Origin: Camelus ferus
Lineage: Eukaryota
DNA length: 64,000 bases
Assembly (NCBI RefSeq): GCF_009834535.1
Contig: NC_045697.1
Location: 109,990,001-110,054,000, forward strand
Reading direction: 5' to 3'
The translations under genes were made by a program, and so were the position numbers. The notes beneath the pieces were generated by a model. That model made no database searches. It saw nothing but the letters and a program-made list of their open reading frames with translations, and was not told where the DNA came from. Shown piece by piece: positions 38,100 through 50,367 of the stretch. Numbering within the stretch: the first letter of the stretch is position 1; each line of letters begins with the position of its first letter.

Positions 38100-40290
38100 A
38101 GGCTGACTCCTAATTTACATCTCATGTAAAATTAACTCAGAGGAGACCATACATATAAATATAAAACACATAATTATAGAAATTCTAGAAGAAAACATCA
38201 GAGAATTTGTGTGACCTTTGGTTTACCAGAGAATTTTAAATACAACACCAAAGCACAATCCAAAGAAGAAAAAAATGATAAATCGGGCTTACACAAAAAC
38301 CTGTATGTGAATGTGCATAATAGGTTTATTCAATGTTGCCCAAACTTGGAAACAACAGAGATGCCTTTCAATGGATGAATGGATGAATCAATTGTACATC
38401 AATACAAAGGAGAACTCTTTATTAAAAACAACAAACCATTGATTCATTAAAAAATGGATACATTTCACTCAGTAAAAGAAGCCAGACCCAAAATATAACA
38501 TTCTGGAGAAGGCAAAACTATAGGGATGGGAAACATATCAGTGATTGCTAGGCATTGCAGTAGCAGGCAGGGACTGACTATAAGAGAACAGCATGAGAGA
38601 CATTTAAGAGTCATTTAGGAACTATTCTGCATAGTGTCTTGGTAGAGGACTTGTCAAAATCCATAGAACTATACACCAAAATGAGTGAATTCTATTGTAT
38701 GCAAACAAGTAGAAAATCAACAAGAACATTGGGGAACTCAAGATGGAATATAGATTGTGATAACTACATTACAAAATGTATGACATAATGACAATGAAGA
38801 AGGTACGGACCAAAGGAGCTGACTTAACTTTGGAAACTGTGTTTACTGGATACTATGATGCCAAATACAAAAATAATTTTATGCAAACACTGTATTTTAG
38901 TTGGTACATTTGTTTCTCACAGAATTCTAGGTTAGAAGTTCTGAATTTCCTTTACATGTATTTTAGAGTTGAACAAATTAATAGCCAGGTTTCTCACTGT
39001 AACAGAAAGAAATTATAAATAAGCAAAGGGGAGATTCTAGAATGAGCCATGTGGTGCTGGATTGGATTTGGAGGTATTCATAGGAACTCATGTGTTTTAA
39101 AAAAAATTGATGGTAGATAGATAGGCAGACAAATAGACATGAGTTAGTATGCATACATATATGTTTGCTTTAGTATCTAGAGGCAGTGACACTCTCACAG
39201 CAATGAGCACTTCCAGCACTCAGAGATCTTGTTTTCTAGATACCTTCTCTAGTAAAAGGAACCAGGGTTCCCTGGAGAACTGATTGATTCCAGGGTTGGA
39301 GCAGAAAAAGTACAAAATGATGCTTGAGCATTTTGTAGTGTCAGAAAGTAAAGAAGTCTCAAAGGACCCATGAGCCAATATGAAAGAATTCTCAATGGCC
39401 AAAGATGGAACAATTAGAGGAGTAAAATGATTAATAATAATAGTTTATGCAATCCAAAGAATAAAATAAATGTCCATGAGTCCATACTGATATAAATAAA
39501 TAATTGAATAAATAAATATGTGAGTGGTAAAGAAAACCATAAGATTATTTAAATTAAATTTTAGATGAAATGTGAGGGAAATAGAAAATCATCATTAGAA
39601 CGTCACAATAATAATTACTTCCAGGAAGATCTACCAATGAATGCTGAAATTAGTTGACAGAAGTTCAACTAGAAACAGGGTGTTTGTATAGACAAAATAT
39701 GTGTTGAATACAAAGGGAAAGTAGTAACTTTGCTGGAGAAACCTGCTTAGATGCAATCTTAACCAAACAATAAAATTGATCATCACCAGTAACAAGACAT
39801 ATGGCTATGATATATTTCCAAAGGAGGGCACTTCACTATCTCTGTGGCATTCTTCCCCCAAATCCAAAACTCCAATCCAATCATGAGAAAATATCAGACA
39901 AACCTAAACTCAGGGACATTCTCCAAAATACCTGACTGTGTATTATTAAAAAATACCAGGGTCATGAGGACAAGGAAAGATGAAGAACCATCACAGATCA
40001 GAGGAGACAAAAGAAATATGACAACTAAACACAGTGATGTATCCTGGATTGGATTCTGGATCAGAATAAGGATATGAGTGTAGAAACTGGCGAATTCTGA
40101 ATAAATTCTAAAGTTTAATTCATAGTATTGTACTGATGTTAATTTCTTAGTTTTGATCATGGCATCATGGTTACCTGAAACGTTCACAGGAGAAGTTGTG
40201 TGAAGTGTGCACCACAACTGTGTTAGCACTATCCTTGTAGCTCTTCTGTAAGTTTCAAATGATTTCAAAACAAAAAGATTTTCAGAAGCT
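38100..40290 (+). mobile_element. L1MC-type 3' region
   Basis: A-rich ORF2-end remnants, then long 3' UTR (aatcatgagaaaatatcagacaaacctaaactcagggacattct). Confidence 0.8.
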
Positions 40291-43200
40291 AAAGAAACAA
40301 AGTAGTGAGAAAAGCGGCCTTGTTTTACATTTTTGAAAAATCTATTTAATGAATGCCTTAATGAAAGTCAGCTGTTTCCTGAATTTCACATTCAGTCTGT
40401 TGCAATGCTGTGTGTCAGACAGCTTCTGGAAAACCCCACCATACACTTGTGTGAAAAATGAGAGTGAAAAAGGCAAATAACAGTATCATTACAAAAGTGA
40501 TTCTGACTTTGTGGATTCCTGAAAGGGTTTGTGGATCCCCGAGCCCTGGAACACATTCAAGAATCATTGCATTAGAGTAACACTCTTAAATGCTCTTTAC
40601 CACTCAACAGTGATCGGTGACTTTGGGAGATGGAATTGGGCCTCTGCTTTCTTCTTGAGGAGATGCCTGCCTGCAGAAGGTTTATGCTCTGGGGGTGAAT
40701 GTTTAATTCAGAAGAATGCTATCAAGCCCATTTTTGGCTGTACCTAAACTATATTGAACAAATAGCTTTATTACCACCAAATTTGACTTTCTGATCTCTA
40801 TCTACAGGAGTTCTGCCTGTATTTCAGTTAGTTCAGAATTCAGATTGGGACCAGAAGTGTTATTTCCTTTCTGATGTCACAACGTGAGCTTTGTGTGCCT
40901 CGGTGACTAGCTGTAGCCCACAATAGAAGGATAACGGAGGGCAAAGTGGCAATAAACAGGAAGTGATGGGGGGAAAAAATGCCCGGAGTGTTCTGGCCCA
41001 CCAGAGAAATCCTTGGACTCTTTCTCTGAGCTCACTCCAGCCCAAAGAATGGCCTATTCTTTGTGTGATATCTGTAATGCTAGATGCACTTAGGTTCAAA
41101 AGCATTAATAACAAAGTAAATGACTATCACATGTGTCCAGTTATAAAACTTTTCTTTCTCCCATGACGAAAGCTCAGCTGCTCATTTTCACTCTGAAGTT
41201 CCAATTCATCTTCCTCTCAAACTAACTTCTTGGGGGGAGATGGCTAAGCCGTTTCAGTATGGCATCCTATGAGAAACGAAGGCCTGGCAGCTCAGACGTG
41301 TAGCCCCTTCCAAATTCAGAAGACAGCCGCTGCCCACAGAGTTGATAATCACAATGTGTTCTAAAATCCTGCTTTGTGCTGAATTTTTGAGGTACCTCTG
41401 AAACTAAACTGGTACAATCTGTTTCTATTTTACCATAATTCCTCTTTAATTTGTACTCTACTAATCCGGAATTTTACATAATTGAAACACCACTCCTATG
41501 ATTCCTATTTAATAGAAAATTGAAAATTATTTCCTTATTGAAAATGTTTTGGACCCATAAAATAAAAAATCTGTTCAAAGCAGTTTTTTATTATTTCAAA
41601 ATAAGACCTGAAAGATTAAAGAAAGTTTTTCTTTTGCCTCCAGGTCTCACAATCCCCTTCCTTATAAAAGTCTTTGGAATTTTTAGTGTGAGCCTATTAA
41701 GAACCATAACTCCTCCCCTTAATTCCATTTATAAATATTCAATACTACTTTATCTGTACTTTGTAAAAGAAAAAAATTTTGATTTCATTAAGAAATATTC
41801 TGTAAATTAAATTCTCTTTAGTCTTTTGGTTTAATGATCTTTTGCTACAAAAGAAAAATGTGTGTACATGGTGCTTATAATTAGTTAGTTATAAGTAATT
41901 ACAAATGAATAATGCTGCTGACACGTACAAGTCAAAGGACACTTAGACAACATATTTATTCCCTGATTTTGGTGACACAAACATTTATGTCCTCCTCTCT
42001 GAGGCACAGAGTTTCTTGTATAGTCACCCATTTTGAGATATTTAGAACACTTTAAAATGTTGTGTCCATTGCAAAAGCTAACAGTTTTAACGTAAACCAT
42101 TAGTTTAACTTGAAAGGTTTTGTGTTAAAAAAAAATTACTGTTTCTATGCTTAAAAAATGAAGATGTTTCTATATGCCTTTCACGCATCTCAAATTCTTG
42201 GGGGTTAAGAATGATTTGAGAAATGATCAGTATCATGTTACAAAACCACTTGGAACCTGTGTGACTCAATTACCTTCTTCCTTTTCCTAATTCTGAGGCT
42301 GATTTTGAAAATGATGAAATGTACTTATACACCATACTTTGTGTCTGCTTTGGACTATTTCGTGAGGAGTTTTTCAATTTTAACTTCTTCGGTACTAGAA
42401 GTCTTTTCCCATTACCAAATCCCTATGCACAACATTGTTTCATTCCCAAAGAGAACACCCCCTTTGGGGGCTCCAAAGTATTTACTCTATGAGGACAAGT
42501 GGCTTCACTAAAAGAGACAACTGGCCACGTGTCAAATGATGACATTTCAATGCACTTGTTTAATCTGGGCCAAAAACAGACGCAAAGTTAAACAACCTGA
42601 GCAAATAAAAGGCAATTGAAGTTGACCCTTTTAAAATAGAGACAATGAGCATGAAAAATCAAGATGAATACATCGCTTCAATTTCATGGGCAATGCAAAT
42701 TAAAAGCAGGCCACTGCCATTCTGCTTTAATTTAATGAATAAAATGTTTTCATTGTCTCAAAAACCAGTTTACTTTCAATAACATTCATGATATATTTTT
42801 CTTGGTTTCTGTGGCTCTTTGGAAAAGCACCAGCGAGAATTGTTGGCTATGGAAAAGACAATTCACTTAGCCATTTACTGGGCTACAGAGGGTGGTAGAA
42901 AGCAAGTCTCTCCAGATCAATTGCTATTGGCCATTAAAGATACATAGTGCTTCTCCTCAGGCTAAATTTATTCAGCATGTTTGTATTCCAGGATGAAATC
43001 TGAAAAGTGACTGATGGCAGGGAGACAGGATAAGATCTATTTCACACCAGATTTGCCGTTCAAGCTAGCTTGAGAACTAAATATTTCCAAGAGAAGTTTT
43101 CATCAACTTAGATTGGACCAAGGCTTGTGGCCACAGACCACAGACACTCTGCCTCCCAGCTGGCTTCCCCTATCAATATTAGTGCAGTGGGGCTGTCAGA

Positions 43201-44149
43201 TTTCAGCAGGACGAGGTGGCCAGAGAGTGCATCTGCTCCGCTGTGCCTCTGTTCCTACCCATTCTGCACACTGCTGCACCCTCACCCCCAGCAAAGGCTG
43301 ATGGAGCAAATGTCTACAATGGACGGCATTAGTGAGGAAGCCCAGCAGAGGAAAAGAGATATATAGGAAGCTAAGCAGAGTCACCCTCTGCGGCAGGGCC
43401 AAGCCCAGCGCTTCCTGAGACTCTTCAGCACTACTTCCGGTCCTATGGAAGCTCAACAACAGAAATGGGTGACCTTGACACAAGCTAGATAATGGTAGAG
43501 AACAATGGATTGCAAGTGTTTTCATGAAAATACAGGGTTTCAGTCCCCTGAAGCTTTGTAGAAAGTAAACAAGGCAGCTGACAAAAGAGACTATCTTGAA
43601 AGCATGTTATTTACAAGAATCTTTGGATGCCTGTGATAAGAAAGGAAGCCCGTTGGAGAAGTTCAGCTGTTCCTTCCACAGGAAAGCAACAGGAGGCACA
43701 GTTTGGGCTCCTGGATATTCCAGAAGCTCAGGAGGGTCATAGATGTCACTGACACTGTAAGAAGGTCACAAAGGTAAAAACAATAAAGACAGCAAAATCT
43801 TTTTCTGTTCCTCAGCCTCCCTCCCTGAGTGGGGCTCTTAGCCACCCTCCTTACTAACCTCCCTTCCCCGTTATTTCCACCCTCGATTCCTCTGTCTTTT
43901 TCCTCTGCTGAAAAGTTTTGGGAACCCCTCCAGGATAGTAACTAACTTTGACCTTGAATAGTTGATTGCATGGAATATATGTGGTCAACTTTATTGGAGT
44001 ACATAAAAATGATGACGACTTCCTCAGTTAGTTCAATTCCCCCTATTCCTCCTGGTGGTAAATCAGAGCGATCCCAAGAGTTATAAAAGGAGAGAAAAAC
44101 AGGAATAAAAAACTGGGAGGTACAAAGGTAGGGTGGGGGGGTGGCAGAG

Positions 44150-44390
44150 GAAATAGAAGCTGAGAAAGCACACAACTCAACAGACATAGATTTAAATCCT
44201 TTTTGTTATTAAATAATTATATGATGTCAAAGTAAGTGAAGCTCAACTGTCCTCAGTGAGCTCACCTGTCCACTGGGCCAAATTTCACTACAGCTCTTTT
44301 CTCTCAGAGTTATTAACAGAATTAACTGAGATAATACTAAAAGCACTTTGGAAATAAGAACCAAACAAATGCAAGGTGGCATAAAATGCC
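44150..44390 (+). mobile_element. MIR-family SINE, degraded
   Basis: gatttaaatcct...ctcagagttattaacagaattaactgagataatactaaaagcactttg. Confidence 0.55.
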
Positions 44391-44829
44391 ATCTCCAAGG
44401 GAAGGCAGTAGGACTCTAGAAAGCATTTTCTAAACTGCATTTTTCAATATTGTTTTTTTTTTTCCCAGTAATTTATGCCTTCAGGGAAACCAAAACTGAA
44501 AACAGCTCCATCTCATCGCTCATCTCGTTGACTGAGAGGACCATTTTTCTGCTCCTTCTTAACACATAGATACCTTGCTTTCATCAGGAAGAGCTCTTGC
44601 ACTCACGCCCTTAGTTCAGTTATGCTTTGTTCCAGATGGTCTATGTGATTAATGTGGGCAACTTCTAACTACATCTTCTAACTGCACCGGTAGCATTTTT
44701 ATCTACGCTGAAGGGACGATTGCAGTCTGAAAATGAGAGTGGGTAATTTCAAGGACTTGTTTCGGAAAAGCAGGGGATGGAAGCAATGGAAATGTCACGA
44801 AATCCTTTGTTTCAAATCAGTGCATTACC

Positions 44830-45310
44830 AAGTTGAGGGCAGGAAGAAGAGTTAGGGAAAGAAGAAAGGAAAAGGACCCTACAGGAGAAATCACAAAAAC
44901 TGGTGCAGTCAAATAAGCCCAATAATGATAGAAAGAAAAAATAAGTTGTGAGGAGATCAAGGAAAATCATGCAGGGGAGCAGAGAAAAAGCACCATGGGA
45001 GGAAACTGATAATTAAAAACACAAAGAATGAAAATGAACCACAACTGACTGGGAAGATGAAAGGAGGAAAATGGAAAGAGAAAATGGTTTTGGTAAAAAG
45101 ATCACGATAGAAAAAGGAAGACACTTCCAACAAAAAAAGCAAGTTTTTTAAAAAATGAAAAGATAACTCAAGAACAAAAAGGGGCCCAAGGAGATGTCTC
45201 AGACTGGATGACAGAAGAAGAAAACTATAACACAAAATAGGAAAAGAAAGAAACAAAACATACGGGGCAAATAAATTGAGCCAGAAACACATGAAAAAAA
45301 AAACATAAAA
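44830..45310. repeat. A/G-rich low-complexity tract
   Basis: Strong purine skew directly visible. Confidence 0.6.
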
Positions 45311-46099
45311 CATACCTATTTTATTCAAACACTGATAAAAGGATGGAGCTCTGAGAGTAATAAAATGTGATTCACTATCCCACCACGTGCTCTTCTATCT
45401 CTGTTGGCAGCTTCAGCATTGCTAATTTTTTTGAGTGACAACCTCCTGTCTTTGCCACTTCCCCCACTTTTTAAAGTTTTCCCTCCCTGGGGGACCACTG
45501 ATTATAGAATCAGTTTAAAGAATGCGTCAAGAAACTATGGTTTCAAGGCTTAAGAAAGTGCTATTCCAAAATTTCCTCTAAGTTGAAAAAAATTAGAAGC
45601 ATTAGATCAAATGGTGGTCAATATCTAGGATGTGGTCCAACAGTTTTATATCTGTAGATGGTAATAAAGGCAAGTTATAGTGTATTTGGAGGACAAAATG
45701 AGATCATACACTTAGAACATTGTTTGGCATCTAATACATGTACAATAAATGTTAGTTACTATTAGCAAAATAAATTTAGTTTATATCATCAAATCAGATG
45801 GCACTTTGAAAGTAACTGAGGTATAAAATCAAGGATGTGTGGCCAAAATGTGAAATTGGACTTATGATTCCCATGCCAGAAGACGAAGATTACAAATGTA
45901 ATCTCAGTAAAAAAAAAAAAAAAAATCCAGAAAGAATCCAAGAATGTTTAATTATTACACGATACTTCTGCTCCAGACAAGCTGATATTAGGTTAAATTA
46001 GTAAAGGATGGACTATCAAACTCTTAAAATGACCCATGAGTTCTCCAAAGAAATATTTCAAAAATATGTTATAAGTAAATTACTGATGTCCTTCAAAAA

Positions 46100-46500
46100 C
46101 TAAAAATGCATAAGCATAAACAATTAGTTGATAAAGTCTACTGAGAACTTCAAAAGGCTTTTGACAAAGTTTCACACACGCTATTTTCAAAATCTGGTCA
46201 TGTTTGTAGTGAAGAGTCTATGTTATCTTATAAAGGGTTTGGAGATAAGAAACAAAAGATACAGATAAATGAACTCTTCTCTGAATAGAAACAGGTAAAT
46301 AAGAGAATTCTATAAGGACTTCATGAATTAATACCTTGGAAGAGAGACAACAAAGGAAAATATTCATATTTGGGGAAGATACTAAGCTATTTGGGGTAGT
46401 TGAAATAAGAATAGGCTTCTGAAAGGTCTGATTTATCTTTGATAATAAACAGAAAAATTGTCAATGATGAAAAGTATAAGGCATTGTATCTCTATATTAA
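46100..46500 (+). mobile_element. Ancient CR1/L3-type LINE reverse-transcriptase remnant
   Basis: 46151-46177 encodes QKAFDKVSH; about 46243 onward DKKQKIQINELFSE (cf. RKQRVxINGxFS); 46369-46401 FGEDTKLFGVV (cf. FADDTKL). Motifs are in the correct order. Confidence 0.75.
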
Positions 46501-48013
46501 AAGAATCCAAGCCAGAGCAATGGGATTCAAGGCGCTGGTAATGGAGGAATAACTCTTACTGGGTCAAATATCATTCAAATAACAATTATGAGCTCAGGAG
46601 AAAATATAACAACTACCTGAAGGCACTGGAGAGCAAACAGAAACAGGCAGAAACTTGAGAGCAGTCTACTTTTGGAAGGAAGACATGGCATGGGATAAGC
46701 TTCTCATTTTTTCTCAACTTGTTTACCGGAGAGCAGATCCCAATTTATGCCAGATGGGGAGGCTAAAACTTGACCAGAAAATCCAGTTCTACAGGCTTAA
46801 ATAACCAAAGGACAAGTTTCAGGGAGACCACAGCTGCTAAAAATTGAAGAAGAAATCTCAGAAAGGAGAGAGCCATGGAGGAGGAGACCTATATTCTGCA
46901 TATAAATTGTGCTTAAATCCCTGGCTGATCCCTGAACTACACATGTGTAGGGAAGGCTTCAAGCAGCCCAGCCAATGCTAGAAGAAATAAATTAGGTTTC
47001 TAATGCTTCACACAACACACACAAAAAGTTTATAGACTGAGTAAAATCAAGAAAATTGCCTGATAAAACAAAGTTAATATTCTAAAGAGGGACATAAAAG
47101 AAACCAAAATCTGTACACCGTATCATTAGCAATATCTGAGATATGATCCAAAATTACTAGACACATGAAGAAGTAAGAACACTTGACCAATGCTCAAATA
47201 AAAGACAACCAATGGAGACAAACCCAAAGATGACCCAGATGTTGAAATTACCAAGATTTTAAAGCATATTTTTAACTATACTCAACACTATAAAGAAATA
47301 TATGCTCAAATGAGTGACTAGCTATAGAATGCCAGAGAGAAATAGAAATTGTTGAAAATAATTAAATTGAAATCCCAGAACTGAAACATTAATATCTAGA
47401 ATAAAAAAATCCACAGGGTAGGCTTAAGAAAAGATTGGAGATGACAGAAGAAAATGCTAGTAAACTTAGTTTCATATAAACTAGACGATCTGAGGAATTG
47501 TAGCTATCTGTTAAGAAACCCACTAAAAGTATAAAGGCACAAATAGTTTAAAAGTTAAAAGACAGAAAAAAGCTATAAAATGCAAAGCTAATTATAGAAA
47601 ACTTAAGTGGTTATGTTAATATCTAACTTTACTTCAGAACAAGGAATATTATCAAGGATAAAGATCATAATGATTAATGAGTAATTTCATCCAGATGACA
47701 AGTTCTTAATGTATATGCACAGAATAACAAAAATTTAAAATGCATGAGGCAAAAATTGATAGGGGAAATAGACAAGTCACATTTATAAAGAGATCTGCAA
47801 AATGCACGATTTTTTCAAGTGCTCATGAAACACTAAAATAGACCATATTCTGAGGTTAAAAAACAAGACAAAACAACCCTCAATAAGTTTTTAAAAACTA
47901 AAATCATAAAAAATATGGTTGCCCCAATGAATTTAAACTAGAAGTCAGTACTAGGAAGATCAGGAAGATATCTGACAATGAAAATTAAAGAGCACACCTC
48001 TAAATAACCCCTG

Positions 48014-48645
48014 GGCTATGGTTTGAATGTTTGTGTCCCTCCAAAATTCATGTGTTGAAAAACCTAATGCCCCTAGGTCATGGTATGAGGAAGTGAAGCC
48101 TTGGGGAGGTGATTATGTCATGAAGGCAGAGCCCTCATAAATGGGATTAGTGCCCTTATAAAGGAGGCCTCAGAGAGCTCCACTCCCCCCGCCCAGCCCT
48201 TTCAACCATGTGAGGACACAACAAGAAGTTGATAGTGTGTAACCTGGAAGGAAGGGGGTCTTCACTGGGACCAACTATGCTGGCAACCTGATCTTAGTCT
48301 CCCAGCCTCCAGAACTGTTAGAAATAAATTGCTGGGGGAGGGGTAAATTGAGAGTTTGGGATTAACAGACACACACTACTGTATATAAAATAGATAAACA
48401 GCAAGGACCTACTGTATGTCACAGGGAACTATGTTTAATATCTTAACCTATAATGGAAAAGAATCTGAAAAACAATATATATGTATAACTGAATCACTTT
48501 GCTGTACACCCAAAACTAACACAATACTGTAAATCAACTCTACTTCAATTAAAAAAAGAAAAAAGAAAAAAAAAAAGAAGTTGCTATTGTTTTATAAGTC
48601 ACTTAGTTTGGAACATTTTGTTGTAGCCACCTATGCAGACTAAGA
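48014..48645 (+). mobile_element. MLT1A/MST-like MaLR LTR, interrupted by young L1
   Basis: gctatggtttgaatgtttgtgtccctccaaaattcatgtgttgaaa...cagcctccagaactg...gactaaga. Confidence 0.88.
48334..48573 (+). mobile_element. Short 5'-truncated cetartiodactyl L1 3' end
   Basis: aaatagataaacagcaaggacctactgtat...aactgaatcactttgctgtacacc, poly-A tail, TSD aaataaattgct / aaagaagttgct (48322-48333 / 48574-48585). Confidence 0.92.
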
Positions 48646-48967
48646 GTTAAAAACTTGAAAAGGAAATTACATGAGTTAAAGAAAAACTTGAAAAGGAAAT
48701 TACAAAGTAATGCAAATTTTATGAAAAAGAAAATGTAACATAAAATTAATGAGATGCAGCTAAATTAAGTGCCAAGAGAGAAATATACAGCATTGAAAGC
48801 TTACATTATAAAAAAGAACCATCTTAAACTAATGACATTAGAAAAGTTAAACCCAGAGTTAAAAAACAGGAAGGCAATTATAAAGATAAGAGCAGAAAAC
48901 AATGAAATAAAAAACAGAAGACATATTTTAAAAAATCAATGAGACAAAAATCTACGAAGCTCTGGCC

Positions 48968-49189
48968 CAGCGGATCTTAACCAAAGTTTATTCCACCCAC
49001 CCCAGGGGACATTTGTCAATGTCTGGAGACATTTTTGATTGACACAAATTGAGAGGATGTAATTGCTACAGGCATTTAGTGGGTAAAGGCTAAATTATGC
49101 TGCTAATACCCTCTATGCACAGGACAACTCCCCACCACAAAGAATTATTTGGCCCAAAATGTCAATAGTGCCAAGTTTGAGAAATTCTG
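48968..49189 (+). mobile_element. MER20 (hAT-Charlie)
   Basis: ccccaggggacatttgtcaatgtctggagacatttttgattg...ggcccaaaatgtcaatagtgccaag; 8-bp TSD ctctggcc / ctctatcc. Confidence 0.88.
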
Positions 49190-50208
49190 CTCTATCCACA
49201 CAGTTCAAGGAAAAAGAGAGAGAGAGAGAAAAGAAAATGACTAATATCAAGAATGAGAGCGAAGATATCACTTCAAATTCCACAGACATTAAAAGGATAA
49301 TAAGTAAATATTATTAACAGTTTTAAACCAAGTCAATTTGACAACTTATGTAAAATGGACAAACTCCTTGAAAGAAGCAGCAAACTACTTAGGCTCATTT
49401 AAGAAAAACAGACATGCTTCACTAGTCCTATGGGATGAAAGGAATCAAATTCATACCTTAAAACCTTGACGTAGGAAAACTCCCGCATCACTAAACTTTG
49501 AATTCCTTCAAATATATCAGGAGAAAATCAAGCCTGATCCATGTGAAATTTTGAGATATAAAGGAAGAAACTTTTTATGATATCATTGCTGTGATACTAA
49601 AACCAGATGTGCACATTAAAAGGAAACTAATATCTTTCATGAATATAGACTCAAAATTCTTAAGAAAATGTAGCACTAAATCTAGCTATGTATCTAAAAA
49701 GGTAATATATCATGATCAAGTGGGGTTCATCCTAGGAATGCAATGTTGGTTTAACATTTGCAAATCCATCTGTATAACTCACCACATAAACGGACTAAAC
49801 TACAAAATCACGTGATCATCTCAATAGATGCAGAAGAGCATTTGATAAAATTCAGCACCTATTTATGATTAAAAAAAGTTCTCAGCAAACTAGGTATAGA
49901 AGAAACCATTCTCAATTTGATAAGTGAACACCTGTACAAAACTCGCAGCCAACATTATATTAAACGATGAAAGACAATGTTTTCCCAGTAAGATCAGTAA
50001 CAAAGCAAGAATGTTCACTCTCATCACATAAAAAACAGCTTTGTATCGGAGGTCCTAGTCAGTGCAACAGGCCTAAATAAAGAAATAAATAAAATTCAGA
50101 TAAATTTGAAAAGAAGTGAAACTTTTTATTCACTGATGACATAATTGACAATGCAGAAAATCTCAAGGAATCTTACCCTCCAACCAAAACAAAGTGAGCT
50201 TAGCAAAA

Positions 50209-50367
50209 GCATATGGAAAAAAAATCCATGGAATTATTCTTGCTGGCTCTCATTTAGAGGAGGTAAAGCCCCTTTATGCTGAAGGCCATCTTCCGCCGTC
50301 TTCCGGACCATCCTCCCTCTCCTCCACCTTATCTGCTGGGTGCCCCCACTTATCTAACTACTTAACA
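50209..50367 (-). mobile_element. Truncated, internally deleted copy of the LTR family at 13260-13812
   Basis: ctggctctcatttagaggargtaaagcccctttatgctgaaggc shared with about 13684-13727; ends ctaactacttaaca vs ctaactaccgaaca. Confidence 0.85.

Larger units (their letters stand above)
33968..40569 (+). mobile_element. Second Charlie4a-like copy in three pieces (about 33968-34088, 37625-37725, 40290-40569), separated by L1 insertions
   Basis: Each piece matches consecutive parts of the copy at 32761-33265. Confidence 0.7.
46520..50200 (+). mobile_element. Old L1M, 5' region through ORF2 RT, with nested MaLR, young L1 and MER20
   Basis: ORF2 remnant IYHDQVGFILGMQCWFNICKSI (about 49700-49770); atcatctcaatagatgcagaagagcatttgataaaattca. 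Confidence 0.88.

Noticed and set aside
44957..45328. 123-aa Phe/Leu-rich membrane-protein-like ORF
   Set aside because: Artefact of the A/G-rich low-complexity tract read on the minus strand
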